Assembly: GCA_017428495.1 (NCBI GenBank)
Contig: JAFRQS010000011.1
Coordinates: 74,920-138,919 of the forward strand
Source of the DNA: Bacilli bacterium
GTDB taxonomy: Bacteria; Bacillota_I; Bacilli_A; RF39; UBA660
Direction: 5' to 3'
Length of the DNA: 64,000 bases
Both the position numbers and the translations under genes were made by a program. This document shows positions 1-10,297 of this stretch, piece after piece. The notes beneath the pieces are model-generated. The model searched no databases, had not been told where the DNA came from, and saw only the letters and a list, made by a program, of their open reading frames with translations. The number at the start of each line of letters is the position of its first letter. The stretch's first letter is position 1.

Positions 1-560
1 TTAATATTTCCTTATATGACTTTATGCTTATTTTATCTATATTGTTATCCTTATATTTATTTAAAAATATCCTTATTTCATTAATCTTATCATTTATTAT
101 ATCATTAGATATCATACATTTATCTATATCTACAATATCATTAGAATTAGTCTTTAAAAAGCCAATTTTATCGCCACTTACACTTAATGTTATATGATTT
201 CTATAATAATATTCATTATCATATTCTATATCTATGTTATTAATATCAATATCCGCTATATGTTTTAGATTATTAATAATTTTATTTTTTTTAAATTCTA
301 ATTGATAATTATATAATTGATGCATTATATTACAACCACCACAATTATAGTAATATGGGCATATTACTTCTCTTCTCTCATTAGATGACTTATTTATATT
401 TACAATTTTACCAATATCAAAGTTTTTATTATTTTTTATTATTTCTAAATCAATAATATCATTTTTTAAAGCATAAGGAATAAATACTACTTTATTATTT
501 ATTTTTGCTATTCCTTCTCCTTCATTATTTTGATTTATTATTTTAATATCTTTATACATA
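1..560 (-). CDS. partial CDS (C-terminus beyond window edge): RumA/RlmD-family RNA (uracil-5)-methyltransferase, TRAM domain plus Fe-S Cys cluster
   Basis: Manual minus-strand translation from ATG at 558-560: MYKDIKIINQNNEGEGIAKINNKVVFIPYALKNDIIDLEII... (TRAM-like), then CPYYYNCGGCNIMH (C-x5-C-x2-C as in RumA/TrmA family). Absent from ORF track because it runs off the window. Confidence 0.55.
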
Positions 561-617
561 ACTATCTACTCCAATCTAATTATAGCATATTAAATATATA
601 TTTTGTTAATAATATAA

Positions 618-2048
618 ATGGTGGTTCTTGTGTTAGAAGAAATTAAAACTAGAATTGGTAATAGTCCAGACTTTATAATTAGAGAATTAGATATATGTAA
701 TGAGAAAGTATCATTACTTTTTTTTGAAACATTAACCGATACAAATACTATTAATGAATGTATATTGAAATATTTGAGTTATATTAAGACCAGAAAAAAA
801 ATATCATTAAATTTAGCAAACTATTTAAAAAAATATACACCATCTTTTAAAATAATTGAAGTATATAATATTGATGAAATTATTACTATTTTATTTAGTG
901 GATTTGTAGTATTATCTATTAATAATAATTATTATTCAATGGAAGTGAGAAGACAACTAGATAGTGGTATATCTAAAGTAGAAAGCGAAAAAACAATTAG
1001 AGGCCCAAAAGATGCTTTTACTGAAAACTATCAAACTAATATTGGATTAATTAGAAAAAGAATTAGAAATGAGAATTTGTGGTTAGAAGAATTTAATATT
1101 GGTAAAAAAAGTAATACAAAAATTGGAATAATGTATATTAATGATATTGCAAACAAAAATTTAATAGAAAATATTAAAAACAAAATAAGTATTATTAATA
1201 TTGATTCAATACCAGATAGCACTTATATATATGATTATTTTAAAAAGAATAAATCATTATTTCCTAATGTACTTTTGACAGAAAGACCTGATTTAGTATC
1301 TTATAAATTATTATCTGGTAAAGTAGCAATAGTAGTTGATAATACTCCATATGTACTTTTAGTACCAGCGTTTTTTATGGAATTTTTTCATACTATGGAT
1401 GATTATTTTCAAAATACATTTAATAGTACATATATAAGATTAATAAGGATAATTGCATTTATTACTACTGTTATGTTACCAGGATTTTATATTGCGCTTA
1501 TTACATATAATTATGAAATTGTACCACCAAGTTTACTTATTAATTTTGCAATTCAAAAAGAAGGAGTACCTTTCCCTACTGTGTTAGAAGCAGTACTTAT
1601 GAATATTATATTTGAGATTCTAAGAGAAACAGATATAAGAGCGCCTTCTACTTTGGGTAGCGCATTATCAATAGTAGGTGCATTAGTTTTAGGAGATGCC
1701 GCTGTAAATGCAGGTTTAGTAAGTCCAATAATGGTTATAGTTATAGCTATTACTGCCATTAGTGAGTTAATTTTTTCTATTAATGACGTATCTAATGCAT
1801 CTAAAATATGGAGATTAATATTTATACTATTTGCGTCACTTTCTGGTATGTTAGGTGTATTTATTGCATTAATATTACTTGTATCTGAATTGGTAAGTAT
1901 AGATTCATTTGATTATCCATATATGTATCCAAATGCTCCATTTAATTTAATAGATCAAGAAAATAATATATTACTTACAAATAATTATAAATTAAAATTT
2001 AGAAATAGACTTACAGCAATAAAAAATAAGATTAGAGGTGTAAGATGA
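618..2048 (+). CDS. spore germination receptor A subunit (GerA/GerKA family)
   Basis: 476 aa; N-terminal soluble region followed by multi-TM C-terminus typical of GerAA family; first of a three-gene A-C-B germinant receptor operon with 4-nt overlap to the next gene. Confidence 0.85.
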   Translation: MVVLVLEEIKTRIGNSPDFIIRELDICNEKVSLLFFETLTDTNTINECILKYLSYIKTRKKISLNLANYLKKYTPSFKIIEVYNIDEIITILFSGFVVLSINNNYYSMEVRRQLDSGISKVESEKTIRGPKDAFTENYQTNIGLIRKRIRNENLWLEEFNIGKKSNTKIGIMYINDIANKNLIENIKNKISIINIDSIPDSTYIYDYFKKNKSLFPNVLLTERPDLVSYKLLSGKVAIVVDNTPYVLLVPAFFMEFFHTMDDYFQNTFNSTYIRLIRIIAFITTVMLPGFYIALITYNYEIVPPSLLINFAIQKEGVPFPTVLEAVLMNIIFEILRETDIRAPSTLGSALSIVGALVLGDAAVNAGLVSPIMVIVIAITAISELIFSINDVSNASKIWRLIFILFASLSGMLGVFIALILLVSELVSIDSFDYPYMYPNAPFNLIDQENNILLTNNYKLKFRNRLTAIKNKIRGVR

Positions 2049-3118
2049 AAAAAATAATATTAATATTACTTATATTTTTTCTTACAGGTTGTACTGATTA
2101 TAAAGAATTAACAGATATGGCAATAGTAACTAATGTTGCAATAGATTATAAAGATGATTATAAACTTATTATACAAGTATTAGATAATAAAGAAAATAAT
2201 AATAATGTAATTATATATGAAAGTAATGGAAATACTTTAGAAGAAGCATTTAGAAATATATCTTTAGAGTGCCCAAAGAAATTATATTTGGGGCATATTC
2301 AAACATTTATAGTAAAAGATGATGTATTTAAAATAAATGCATCAAAGTTTATAGATTTTATACTTAGAAATCATGAGATAGAAAAAGATTTTAATTTATT
2401 AGTAACAAGTAATGATATAAAAGATATTATGAGTATAAAGACAGAATTAATAAATATTCCATCAGAAAGCATATCAAAAGGTATTACAAATTCATCTGTT
2501 GTAAAAGGTATAAGTAATATATATTTTGATAATTATTTAATGATTTTATATGATGTTGGTATTGATCCAGTGCTACCTACAATAAAAATAAAAGACAATA
2601 ATATTGTACTTAATGATGAATTAGCAATATTTAGAAAGGATAAATTAGTATCATATTTAGATAAAGATTCATCTTTTGGATATTCAATATTAAATGACAA
2701 AGCGTCTAAAAGCATAATTACTTTTAAATGTGATAGCAATAATTATTCTAGTATTGAAATATTAAGTACCAAATCAAATTATAAATATATAAATAATAGT
2801 CTAATTATTAATTTAAATTTGACGGCCACATTAAAGGAATTGAATTGTAATATTGATATAACTAATGATAATGGTATAAATAAATTAAAAAATATGTTTA
2901 TTGATGAAATTAAAAGAATAATAAACAAAACAATTGATGATGAAAAAAAGTTAAATTCTGATTATTTAGGCATAGGTAGATATTTATATAAAAATGATTA
3001 TAATTTTTATATTAGTAATAATATGAATAATGTAATTAAAAATATGAATAGCAAAATAATTGTAGATGTAACATTTACTCAAAAATCTTCTATAAAAAAA
3101 GGAGATGAAAAATATTAA
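2045..3118 (+). CDS. spore germination receptor C subunit (Ger(x)C lipoprotein)
   Basis: 357 aa; lipoprotein signal MKKIILILLIFFLTGC; position and size match GerAC/GerKC; translationally coupled to flanking ger genes. Confidence 0.8.
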   Translation: MKKIILILLIFFLTGCTDYKELTDMAIVTNVAIDYKDDYKLIIQVLDNKENNNNVIIYESNGNTLEEAFRNISLECPKKLYLGHIQTFIVKDDVFKINASKFIDFILRNHEIEKDFNLLVTSNDIKDIMSIKTELINIPSESISKGITNSSVVKGISNIYFDNYLMILYDVGIDPVLPTIKIKDNNIVLNDELAIFRKDKLVSYLDKDSSFGYSILNDKASKSIITFKCDSNNYSSIEILSTKSNYKYINNSLIINLNLTATLKELNCNIDITNDNGINKLKNMFIDEIKRIINKTIDDEKKLNSDYLGIGRYLYKNDYNFYISNNMNNVIKNMNSKIIVDVTFTQKSSIKKGDEKY

Positions 3119-4145
3119 AAAGTATGTTAATGAATATATAAGCCCTTATGGTTATATGGTATTAGTAATATTTTTGTCCAGAAGTTTTTATAGTGGTATA
3201 GGATTTTCTAATATATTATTAAGTAGCAAAAATACTACTTGGTTATCATTATTAATTGGATTTTTAATAGGATTTATACCAATACTAATTATAAAAGTAT
3301 TAAATAATAGAAATATTAATTTATTTGAGGTAATACATTCAAAAACAATTAAATTTATAGTAATAATTGTACTTATGCTTTCATTTACTATATTACTAAA
3401 TGACTTTATTAACTTTTGTAATGTTAAATACTTATTCGAAACATCACAATTGTTTATTTCAATATTAATAATTAGTTCATCCCTTTATATAGTAAATAAA
3501 GGAATAGAAACCATAGGCAGAAGTGCATTATTTATGTCATTTATAAGCATCTTACTCTATATTTTAATATCTTTAAGTCTTATTAAATACATCAATATTG
3601 ATAATTTAAAACCAATATTAATAAATACTAATATTATTAAATCTATTATTCTATTTATAAGTTATACTATATCACCTATTATATTATTAAGTATAATACC
3701 TAAAAACAATCTAAATATAGAAGAATACAATAAATTCTTAATTATTGGATATATAATATCTTTTATATCTATATTTATAATATTTTTCTTCATTACCACA
3801 ATATTTAATTATGAATATATATCACTATTTAATTATCCTGCATATTTTGCATTAAAAAAAATAAATTATAATTTCATATCCAATGTGGAAAATATATATT
3901 CATTATTTTTTATTATTGACTATTTTTATTCTATAACAATATATATTTACATTATTAAATATTATTTAAAAAAAGAATATAATATTAATAATTATTACGT
4001 TTTAATAATAATATTAGTATATATTTCAATATATACATTTAAAGATATAAATATTGTACATTTCATTACTAATCAATTATTACATAGTGTATTAATTATA
4101 TTTATATTATTATTTATACTTATTCCAATAAAAAAAGATTCTTAA
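3105..4145 (+). CDS. spore germination receptor B subunit (GerAB/GerKB permease, APC-like)
   Basis: 346 aa, about 10 predicted TM helices, third gene of A-C-B operon. Confidence 0.8.
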   Translation: MKNIKKYVNEYISPYGYMVLVIFLSRSFYSGIGFSNILLSSKNTTWLSLLIGFLIGFIPILIIKVLNNRNINLFEVIHSKTIKFIVIIVLMLSFTILLNDFINFCNVKYLFETSQLFISILIISSSLYIVNKGIETIGRSALFMSFISILLYILISLSLIKYINIDNLKPILINTNIIKSIILFISYTISPIILLSIIPKNNLNIEEYNKFLIIGYIISFISIFIIFFFITTIFNYEYISLFNYPAYFALKKINYNFISNVENIYSLFFIIDYFYSITIYIYIIKYYLKKEYNINNYYVLIIILVYISIYTFKDINIVHFITNQLLHSVLIIFILLFILIPIKKDS

Positions 4146-4153
4146 GAATCTTT

Positions 4154-4756
4154 TTATTTTAATTTTGTCATAATTGATTTTTTCTTTACTTTAGCTTCTT
4201 CATATCTTGATTTAAAACAATTATTAAATGAATCAATCCAATTAGAATCACCAGATTTATAAATTATATTACCATGTGCAATAATATTAGCACCTGGAAC
4301 TGTTACAAATTGAAAGTTCCATTCCGGATCTCTACTTTGTAACACTACCTTTTCATGAGGTTTTATATCTAAATCTAATTCTCTTTTTGTAATAAGTACG
4401 GCAAAATAATAATTTAAATATGGATCTTTACTCTTTAATACAATTTGCTCTAAACTTTTTATATCTGCATCTGATATATATGCTGCAAATAAAATAGAAT
4501 AATAAGCATTCTCCGATTCAATAATAACTCTCTCATGCTCTTTAATATTACAACCTGCAATATCCCTAGCATAATAAAAATTAAACATTGGGTTTTTACT
4601 ATCTATTACTATTTCACCCAATTTTTTTATATTTGCATTACCATTATCCTTTGCATATTCATATGCAAGTTCTGCATCATTAAGCCTTATAATTGTATCT
4701 TCACTTAATTTTCTACCACTATTCTTATATATTCTTTTTAAGTCTTCTAATTTCAT
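4154..4756 (-). CDS. hypothetical repeat protein (about 4 HEAT/LRV-like 37-aa repeats)
   Basis: 200 aa; internal repeats of pattern E[KR]V[IV]L[QK]S[KR]DP..NF[YQ][FY]A... seen four times; no signal peptide. Confidence 0.4.
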   Translation of the reverse strand: MKLEDLKRIYKNSGRKLSEDTIIRLNDAELAYEYAKDNGNANIKKLGEIVIDSKNPMFNFYYARDIAGCNIKEHERVIIESENAYYSILFAAYISDADIKSLEQIVLKSKDPYLNYYFAVLITKRELDLDIKPHEKVVLQSRDPEWNFQFVTVPGANIIAHGNIIYKSGDSNWIDSFNNCFKSRYEEAKVKKKSIMTKLK

Positions 4757-5580
4757 TACTTCTCCTTGTTTCTTTTACTATGAAACATATATTGTATTAC
4801 TAAACCGCTATACTCCTTATATTTTTCTTTAGTAAATTCTTCTATTTTTTTTGTATCCTTAAGACCATATGTATCACTCATATATTTTTTAACCCATGTA
4901 TCTATTGGAAATACATCAAATCTATGATAACCAAATAAAAGTATGCATGACGCGATTTTTAAACCTATACCTTTAAAACTCATTAAATAATCTAATGCTT
5001 CCTTTGTATTCATATTATTAATATTATTTATATCAGTTAATGTGATTCTTTGTATAAAATTATATATATTTTCTGCTCTAAATCCCAATTTAAAACTTCT
5101 TAGATTTTCAATACTTAATTTTTTTAATTTTTCTAATGTTGGAAATAAATAATATTCTTTATTTTCAAATACTATTTTTTTACCACAATATTTACTCATC
5201 AAATTAACACTATTTTGAATGTTTCTAACATTGTTATTAGCACTTATCATATATGAAATAATTGTTTCTAATTTTGGGGAATTGATTATTTTAAATCCAA
5301 TACAATTATCTATCATATTTTTTAATGTAATATCATTTGATAGTAATGTCTTATTAATTGAATCATAATCAATATTTAAACCAAAATATGATTCTACTAC
5401 TTCTTTTAAATTATTTTCATTAGATGAATAAACATAAAAATATTTATCATCTTCAGTAATCTTTATTATTCTATCTTCTAATATTATAATATAACTATTA
5501 TTTTCTAATATGAATCTAAATATTTGACCACAAGTTATAGTATCATATAATTTGAAATTGTTTTTATTAAATTTTACCAT
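4756..5580 (-). CDS. ogg: 8-oxoguanine DNA glycosylase/AP lyase (Ogg, HhH-GPD superfamily)
   Basis: 274 aa; helix-hairpin-helix GPD motif FKGIGLKIASCILLFGYHRFDVFPIDTWV with catalytic Lys (GLK) and Asp (IDTW) in Ogg spacing. Confidence 0.6.
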   Translation of the reverse strand: MVKFNKNNFKLYDTITCGQIFRFILENNSYIIILEDRIIKITEDDKYFYVYSSNENNLKEVVESYFGLNIDYDSINKTLLSNDITLKNMIDNCIGFKIINSPKLETIISYMISANNNVRNIQNSVNLMSKYCGKKIVFENKEYYLFPTLEKLKKLSIENLRSFKLGFRAENIYNFIQRITLTDINNINNMNTKEALDYLMSFKGIGLKIASCILLFGYHRFDVFPIDTWVKKYMSDTYGLKDTKKIEEFTKEKYKEYSGLVIQYMFHSKRNKEK

Positions 5581-6266
5581 ATAAACGTCCCAAAAAATTC
5601 AAATATTTTCTTATTTATATAATCAATTTGATCGCTTTTAAATATATCATGTGTAACATTTTCAAGTACTACCAATTCTTTTTCATTGTTTAATGCCATA
5701 TTATATACATATTTGCTGCTTTCGATTGGTACTACATCATCTTTTGTACCATGAAACAATAATATAGGACATGTAACTTTTGACGGCAAATCTTGTGATT
5801 CATCAGCTAATGCCATAAATTCTTTTACCACTGATACTGGAAACATTATTGCTCTAGGTAACAATACATCTTTACCATAATCTTTAAATAATTTTGGAGT
5901 ATTTCTAAGTGCATGGAATAGTTTAAATTCATCTCCACCAAAAGTCATATATTTAAAAGCAGGTGCTGCTAGTACCATTTTTTTAACTTCTTTATATTTT
6001 GAAGCTAAATGACAAGCTAAAACGCCACCCATACTATGTCCAATCAAATATATTCTTTTATATCCATTATTTATTAATTGTTCAATATGCTCTTCACAGC
6101 TTTTTATCCAATCTTCTTTTTTTACATGTTGAAACATCCTTTTATCATGACCTGGCAAAGTGAATTGAAATACATGATAACCCTTTAATTCTAAATATGT
6201 TGCTACATTTTCTTCATCATAACATCCACCTGCAAATCCATGTATAACTAGTACCGCTTTTTTCAT
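5574..6266 (-). CDS. alpha/beta-hydrolase (carboxylesterase-like)
   Basis: 230 aa; nucleophile elbow GHSMGG, HG oxyanion motif near N-terminus (VLVIHGFAG). Confidence 0.7.
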   Translation of the reverse strand: MKKAVLVIHGFAGGCYDEENVATYLELKGYHVFQFTLPGHDKRMFQHVKKEDWIKSCEEHIEQLINNGYKRIYLIGHSMGGVLACHLASKYKEVKKMVLAAPAFKYMTFGGDEFKLFHALRNTPKLFKDYGKDVLLPRAIMFPVSVVKEFMALADESQDLPSKVTCPILLFHGTKDDVVPIESSKYVYNMALNNEKELVVLENVTHDIFKSDQIDYINKKIFEFFGTFIW

Positions 6267-6274
6267 ACTTCCTC

Positions 6275-6847
6275 CTAATTTATATTTAATTTTTTACTTA
6301 CTATTTTACTAATTATAAAAGTTATAAATAATAATATTAATACTTTTATAATTGAAATAGGATTCTTTAATGACTCTATCAAACTAGTGCCAACAAGACC
6401 CCAAAATAACACAAGTGATATTTTTCCAATCAATAATGCTGGTAAGTATTTTTTTATACTTATCTTTGATATTCCAGCAGCAATATTAATTAGAAATGCC
6501 GGTGTGAATGGTATAGCTATTATTAATACTAAATCACTAAATTTTATATTATCTATTAATTTTATAAATTTATCTGAATATTTATTATTTCTAACATATT
6601 TATCTACCAAACCTTTAAATGTTGTTTGAAATAAATAAAATGATATTACACATCCAAGTATTGTAAATATCCATGACATTAGAAATCCTGGTATAATACC
6701 ATAATTTATAAATAGTATTGTTACAAAAAAACCAAGTGGTAATGGCGGTATAATTGATTCAATCATTATAAGCATACAATCAATAAAAATACCTAATCCA
6801 CTAACACTACCTATTAAACTAATTATTAAATTATATATATTTTCCAT
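6275..6847 (-). CDS. TVP38/TMEM64 (DedA-like) family membrane protein
   Basis: 190 aa, 5-6 TM segments, conserved G-x-L motif region KYLPALLIGKISLVLFWGLVG typical of SNARE-associated/TVP38 family. Confidence 0.5.
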   Translation of the reverse strand: MENIYNLIISLIGSVSGLGIFIDCMLIMIESIIPPLPLGFFVTILFINYGIIPGFLMSWIFTILGCVISFYLFQTTFKGLVDKYVRNNKYSDKFIKLIDNIKFSDLVLIIAIPFTPAFLINIAAGISKISIKKYLPALLIGKISLVLFWGLVGTSLIESLKNPISIIKVLILLFITFIISKIVSKKLNIN

Positions 6848-6895
6848 TACTTATCACAATACAATTTTAACACTTTATTTTATATTTTAATAGCA

Positions 6896-7522
6896 TTATT
6901 TGTATAATATTATAATTCTTCTTCCTTTAACATCAATAAACCCTTCATCTTTTAAATTTTTTAACTCCCTACTCATAGCACTTCTATCTACTGCTAAGTA
7001 ACTGGCTAAATCTTTTAAATAAAATGGTAAATATATATTTTTTGAACCCGTTTTATTAAATTCTATATTTAAGTATGCAAGAATTTTTTCTCTTATTGTT
7101 TTTTTACTAATTATTTCTATTCTTTTATTTCTTTCTTTTATTTTTTCATTAAGTATTACATACATGTTTTTAATAAATTGATTAAAATACTCATTATTAT
7201 TAGATAAATTTAAAATAATATAATCATAATCAAATATAATTACTCTAGTATTATCTTCTTTTATTGAAATATCATCTTCTTCTCTTACTTTTTCATTTAT
7301 TACAAATACATCATTTTCATATATTTCATCTATAATATTTGTATTACCTTCTAAATCCATTTTTGATATTTCGATTGAACCTTTTTCAACTATACCAATA
7401 ATATTATAATTTCTATATCTTTTAGTAAGCGATATTCCCCTATTTAAATTCAGTACTTGTGCTTCTAATAGTTTTAATAATTTTATCTTATTTTTACTAC
7501 TTATATTATCAAATGGATTCAT
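6896..7522 (-). CDS. Crp/Fnr-family transcriptional regulator
   Basis: cNMP-binding-like N-terminus and C-terminal HTH (LASYLAVDRSAMSRELKNLKDEGFI). Start moved from ORF-track 7579 to ATG 7522 (MNPFDNISS), which has RBS AGGTGTA 5 nt upstream. Confidence 0.7.
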   Translation of the reverse strand: MNPFDNISSKNKIKLLKLLEAQVLNLNRGISLTKRYRNYNIIGIVEKGSIEISKMDLEGNTNIIDEIYENDVFVINEKVREEDDISIKEDNTRVIIFDYDYIILNLSNNNEYFNQFIKNMYVILNEKIKERNKRIEIISKKTIREKILAYLNIEFNKTGSKNIYLPFYLKDLASYLAVDRSAMSRELKNLKDEGFIDVKGRRIIILYK

Positions 7523-7557
7523 TTTACACCTCAATATTATTATTCTATCAAAAAATG

Positions 7558-7583
7558 TATAGTGTTGCAACTGCAACACTATA
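7558..7583. promoter_or_regulatory. 26-bp near-perfect palindrome TATAGTGTTGCA-AC-TGCAACACTATA in the Crp/Fnr-nrdD divergent promoter; candidate operator (TGTTG-N6-CAACA)
   Basis: 12-bp arms are exact reverse complements with a 2-bp spacer; lies between the Crp/Fnr start (7522) and nrdD start (7629). Confidence 0.4.
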
Positions 7584-7628
7584 TTTATGATTTTAGCGTT
7601 ACAATTTTTATTGTAAAAGGAGTGTATT

Positions 7629-9782
7629 ATGAAAATTGTTAAAAGAGATGGACATATTGTAGACTATATGCCAGAAAAAATCGAAAATGCAATAATGAAA
7701 GCAAATAATGACGTATGTGATGAAGATAAGGTTTCAGATATACAAATTAAAAACATTATAAAATATATTGAGAGTTTAAAAAAGAAAAGAATGCTAGTTG
7801 AAGATATACAAGACATAATTGAAATGAGACTTATGGCTTTAGGTAAATATCAATTAGCTAAGCAATATATCACTTATAGATATACAAGAGAATTGATAAG
7901 AAAAAGTAATACAACGGATAAATCAATTAAAGAATTAATTGATGGTGAAAATGAATATTGGAATACAGAAAATTCAAATAAAAACGCTAAAGTTGTTACT
8001 ACGCAAAGAGATTATTTAGCAGGCATAACTTCGACAGACATTACTAGAAGATTTTTACTTCCAGAGGATATTGTAAAAGCTCATGATGAAGGAATAATAC
8101 ATTTTCATGATGCTGACTATTTCGCACAAAATGCATTACATAATTGTGATTTAATAAATTTAGAAGATATGCTAAATAATGGCACTATGATGAACGGAGT
8201 AATGATTGAAAAACCACATAGATTTCTAACAGCAATGACAATTGCAACTCAACTTATTACTGCTGTATCATCAAGTCAATATGGTGGTTGTACAATCACT
8301 TTAACACATTTAGCGCCTTTTGTTAGAGATACATATAAACGTTATGTAGAAAAATATAAAAAACGTGGTCTAAAAAAGGAAGATGTTGAAAAATATGCTA
8401 AAGAAGATTTGAAAAAAGAAATTGTTGATGGTGTGCAAACATTTCAATATCAAATTAATGCATTAACTAATACAAATGGTCAAGCTCCATTTTTAAGTGT
8501 AAATATGTATTTAGGAGAAACAGATGAGTATAAAGAAGAACTTGCTATGATAATAGAAGAAGTTTTAAAGCAAAGAATTCAGGGTATGAAAAATAGTAAA
8601 GGTGTATATGTAACCCCTGCTTTTCCTAAACTTCTATATGTATTAGAAGAAGATAATATTCATCCAAAGAGCAAATACTATTATTTAACTAAGTTAGCAG
8701 CAAAATGTACTGCAAAAAGAATGGCACCAGATTATATATCTGAAAAAGTTATGAAAAAATTAAAAATAGATGCTAATGGAAATGGTCAATGTTATCCATG
8801 CATGGGATGTAGAAGCTTTTTAACACCTTATATTGATGAAAATGGTAAGCCTAAATATTATGGTAGATTTAATCAAGGCGTTGTTACAATTAATTTGCCA
8901 GATGTTGCATTGTCCTCTGGCAAAGACATGGACCTATTTTGGAAGATATTTGAGGAAAGATTGGAATTATGTCATAGAGCATTACAAATAAGACATAAAA
9001 GGCTTTCTAAAGCAACTAGTGATGTAGCGCCAATATTATGGCAATATGGTGCATTAGCAAGACTTAACAAAGGTGAATCTATTCATGATTTGTTGCATAA
9101 TGGTTACTCTACCATATCTCTTGGATATGCCGGATTGTATGAATGCGTAAAATATATGACTGGTCATTCTCATACAGATAATGGTGAAGGAAAAGACTTT
9201 GGATTAAAAGTAATGCAATATATGAATGATAAATGTAAAGCTTGGAAAGAATCTGAAAGAATTGATTATTCTGTATATGGTACCCCAATCGAATCTACTA
9301 CTTATAAATTTGCAAAAGGTCTAAGAGAAAGATTTGGCAAAATAAAGGGTATTACTGATAGAGATTACATTACTAATTCTTATCATATTCCAGTATTTGA
9401 AGAAATTGATGCTTTTGAAAAATTAAGAATTGAATCCGAATTTCAAAGATTATCACCAGGTGGTGCAATTAGTTATATTGAAACACCTAACTTGGAAAAT
9501 AATTTAGATACCGTTATGGAAGTAATTAAATTCATATATGATAATATAATGTATGCCGAATTAAATACTAAGAGTGATTATTGTCAAAAATGTGGTTACA
9601 ATGGTGAAATATTAATAGATGATAATCTTGAATGGTATTGTCCAGAATGTGGAAATAGAGATCATGATTTATTAAATGTAGCAAGAAGAACATGTGGTTA
9701 TATTGGTTCTAACTTCTGGAATAAAGGAAGAACTCAAGAAATAAAAGAAAGAGTGTTACACATTGATAATAAGGATGCATAA
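7629..9782 (+). CDS. nrdD: anaerobic ribonucleoside-triphosphate reductase (class III), NrdD
   Basis: 717 aa; N-terminal ATP-cone (MKIVKRDGHIVDY...), C-terminal glycyl-radical motif RTCGYIG and Zn-ribbon Cys (CQKCGY...CPECG). Confidence 0.9.
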   Translation: MKIVKRDGHIVDYMPEKIENAIMKANNDVCDEDKVSDIQIKNIIKYIESLKKKRMLVEDIQDIIEMRLMALGKYQLAKQYITYRYTRELIRKSNTTDKSIKELIDGENEYWNTENSNKNAKVVTTQRDYLAGITSTDITRRFLLPEDIVKAHDEGIIHFHDADYFAQNALHNCDLINLEDMLNNGTMMNGVMIEKPHRFLTAMTIATQLITAVSSSQYGGCTITLTHLAPFVRDTYKRYVEKYKKRGLKKEDVEKYAKEDLKKEIVDGVQTFQYQINALTNTNGQAPFLSVNMYLGETDEYKEELAMIIEEVLKQRIQGMKNSKGVYVTPAFPKLLYVLEEDNIHPKSKYYYLTKLAAKCTAKRMAPDYISEKVMKKLKIDANGNGQCYPCMGCRSFLTPYIDENGKPKYYGRFNQGVVTINLPDVALSSGKDMDLFWKIFEERLELCHRALQIRHKRLSKATSDVAPILWQYGALARLNKGESIHDLLHNGYSTISLGYAGLYECVKYMTGHSHTDNGEGKDFGLKVMQYMNDKCKAWKESERIDYSVYGTPIESTTYKFAKGLRERFGKIKGITDRDYITNSYHIPVFEEIDAFEKLRIESEFQRLSPGGAISYIETPNLENNLDTVMEVIKFIYDNIMYAELNTKSDYCQKCGYNGEILIDDNLEWYCPECGNRDHDLLNVARRTCGYIGSNFWNKGRTQEIKERVLHIDNKDA

Positions 9783-10282
9783 TGAAATATAATAAAATAA
9801 GAAAAATGGATATTTCTAATGGCCCTGGTATAAGAGTTTCAATATTCTTTCAAGGATGTAGATTTCATTGTAAAAACTGTTTCAATCCTGAAACTTGGAG
9901 TTTTAATGATGGTAATGATTTTACTGATGAAACAATTGAAAAAATTTTAGAACTTGCCGACAAGCCTGAAATAATGGGATTATCAATGCTTGGTGGAGAG
10001 CCTATGAATGATATAAATATTGTGGGTTCAACTAAATTAGCAAAAACATTTAAAGAAAAATTTCCAAATAAAACAATATGGTCATGGTCTGGTTATTTAT
10101 TTGATGATTTAAAAGATAAAGAAATTATAAATTACTTAGATGTATTAGTTGATGGTCAATACAAAGATGAACTTAGAAATCCAACTTTAAGATGGAGAGG
10201 TTCTGAAAATCAAAGAGTTATTGATATAAAAAAAACATTAAAAAAAGGAGAAATTATCTCCTATAAAGATGAAGAATATTAA
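9782..10282 (+). CDS. nrdG: anaerobic ribonucleotide reductase activating protein (radical SAM), NrdG
   Basis: 166 aa; radical-SAM cluster CRFHCKNC; start overlaps nrdD stop (TAATG). Confidence 0.85.
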   Translation: MKYNKIRKMDISNGPGIRVSIFFQGCRFHCKNCFNPETWSFNDGNDFTDETIEKILELADKPEIMGLSMLGGEPMNDINIVGSTKLAKTFKEKFPNKTIWSWSGYLFDDLKDKEIINYLDVLVDGQYKDELRNPTLRWRGSENQRVIDIKKTLKKGEIISYKDEEY

Positions 10283-10297
10283 TCTTCATCTTTTTTT
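10268..10297 (+). terminator. rho-independent terminator for nrdDG whose hairpin contains the stop codons of both convergent genes
   Basis: GATGAAGA-ATATTAA-TCTTCATC (8-bp stem, 7-nt loop) followed by TTTTTTT; nrdG TAA lies in the loop, the minus-strand gene's TGA in the 3' stem arm. Confidence 0.55.

Noticed and set aside
1031-2739. Minus-strand ORFs 1031-1222, 1553-1759, 2533-2739
   Set aside because: Antisense within gerA-family genes; no RBS, low-complexity hydrophobic translations.
6387-6629. Plus-strand ORF antisense to the TVP38-like membrane protein gene
   Set aside because: Antisense artefact.
6896-7579. ORF-track 5' extension of the Crp/Fnr gene (start 7579) running through the palindrome
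   Set aside because: Internal ATG at 7522 has a proper AGGTG RBS; the extension has no RBS and would put the operator-like palindrome inside coding sequence.
7581-7596. Possible NrdR box (ACACTATATTTATGAT) upstream of nrdD
   Set aside because: Compared with the acaCwAtATaTwGtgt consensus the 3' half is out of register; only one copy whereas NrdR boxes normally occur in tandem.
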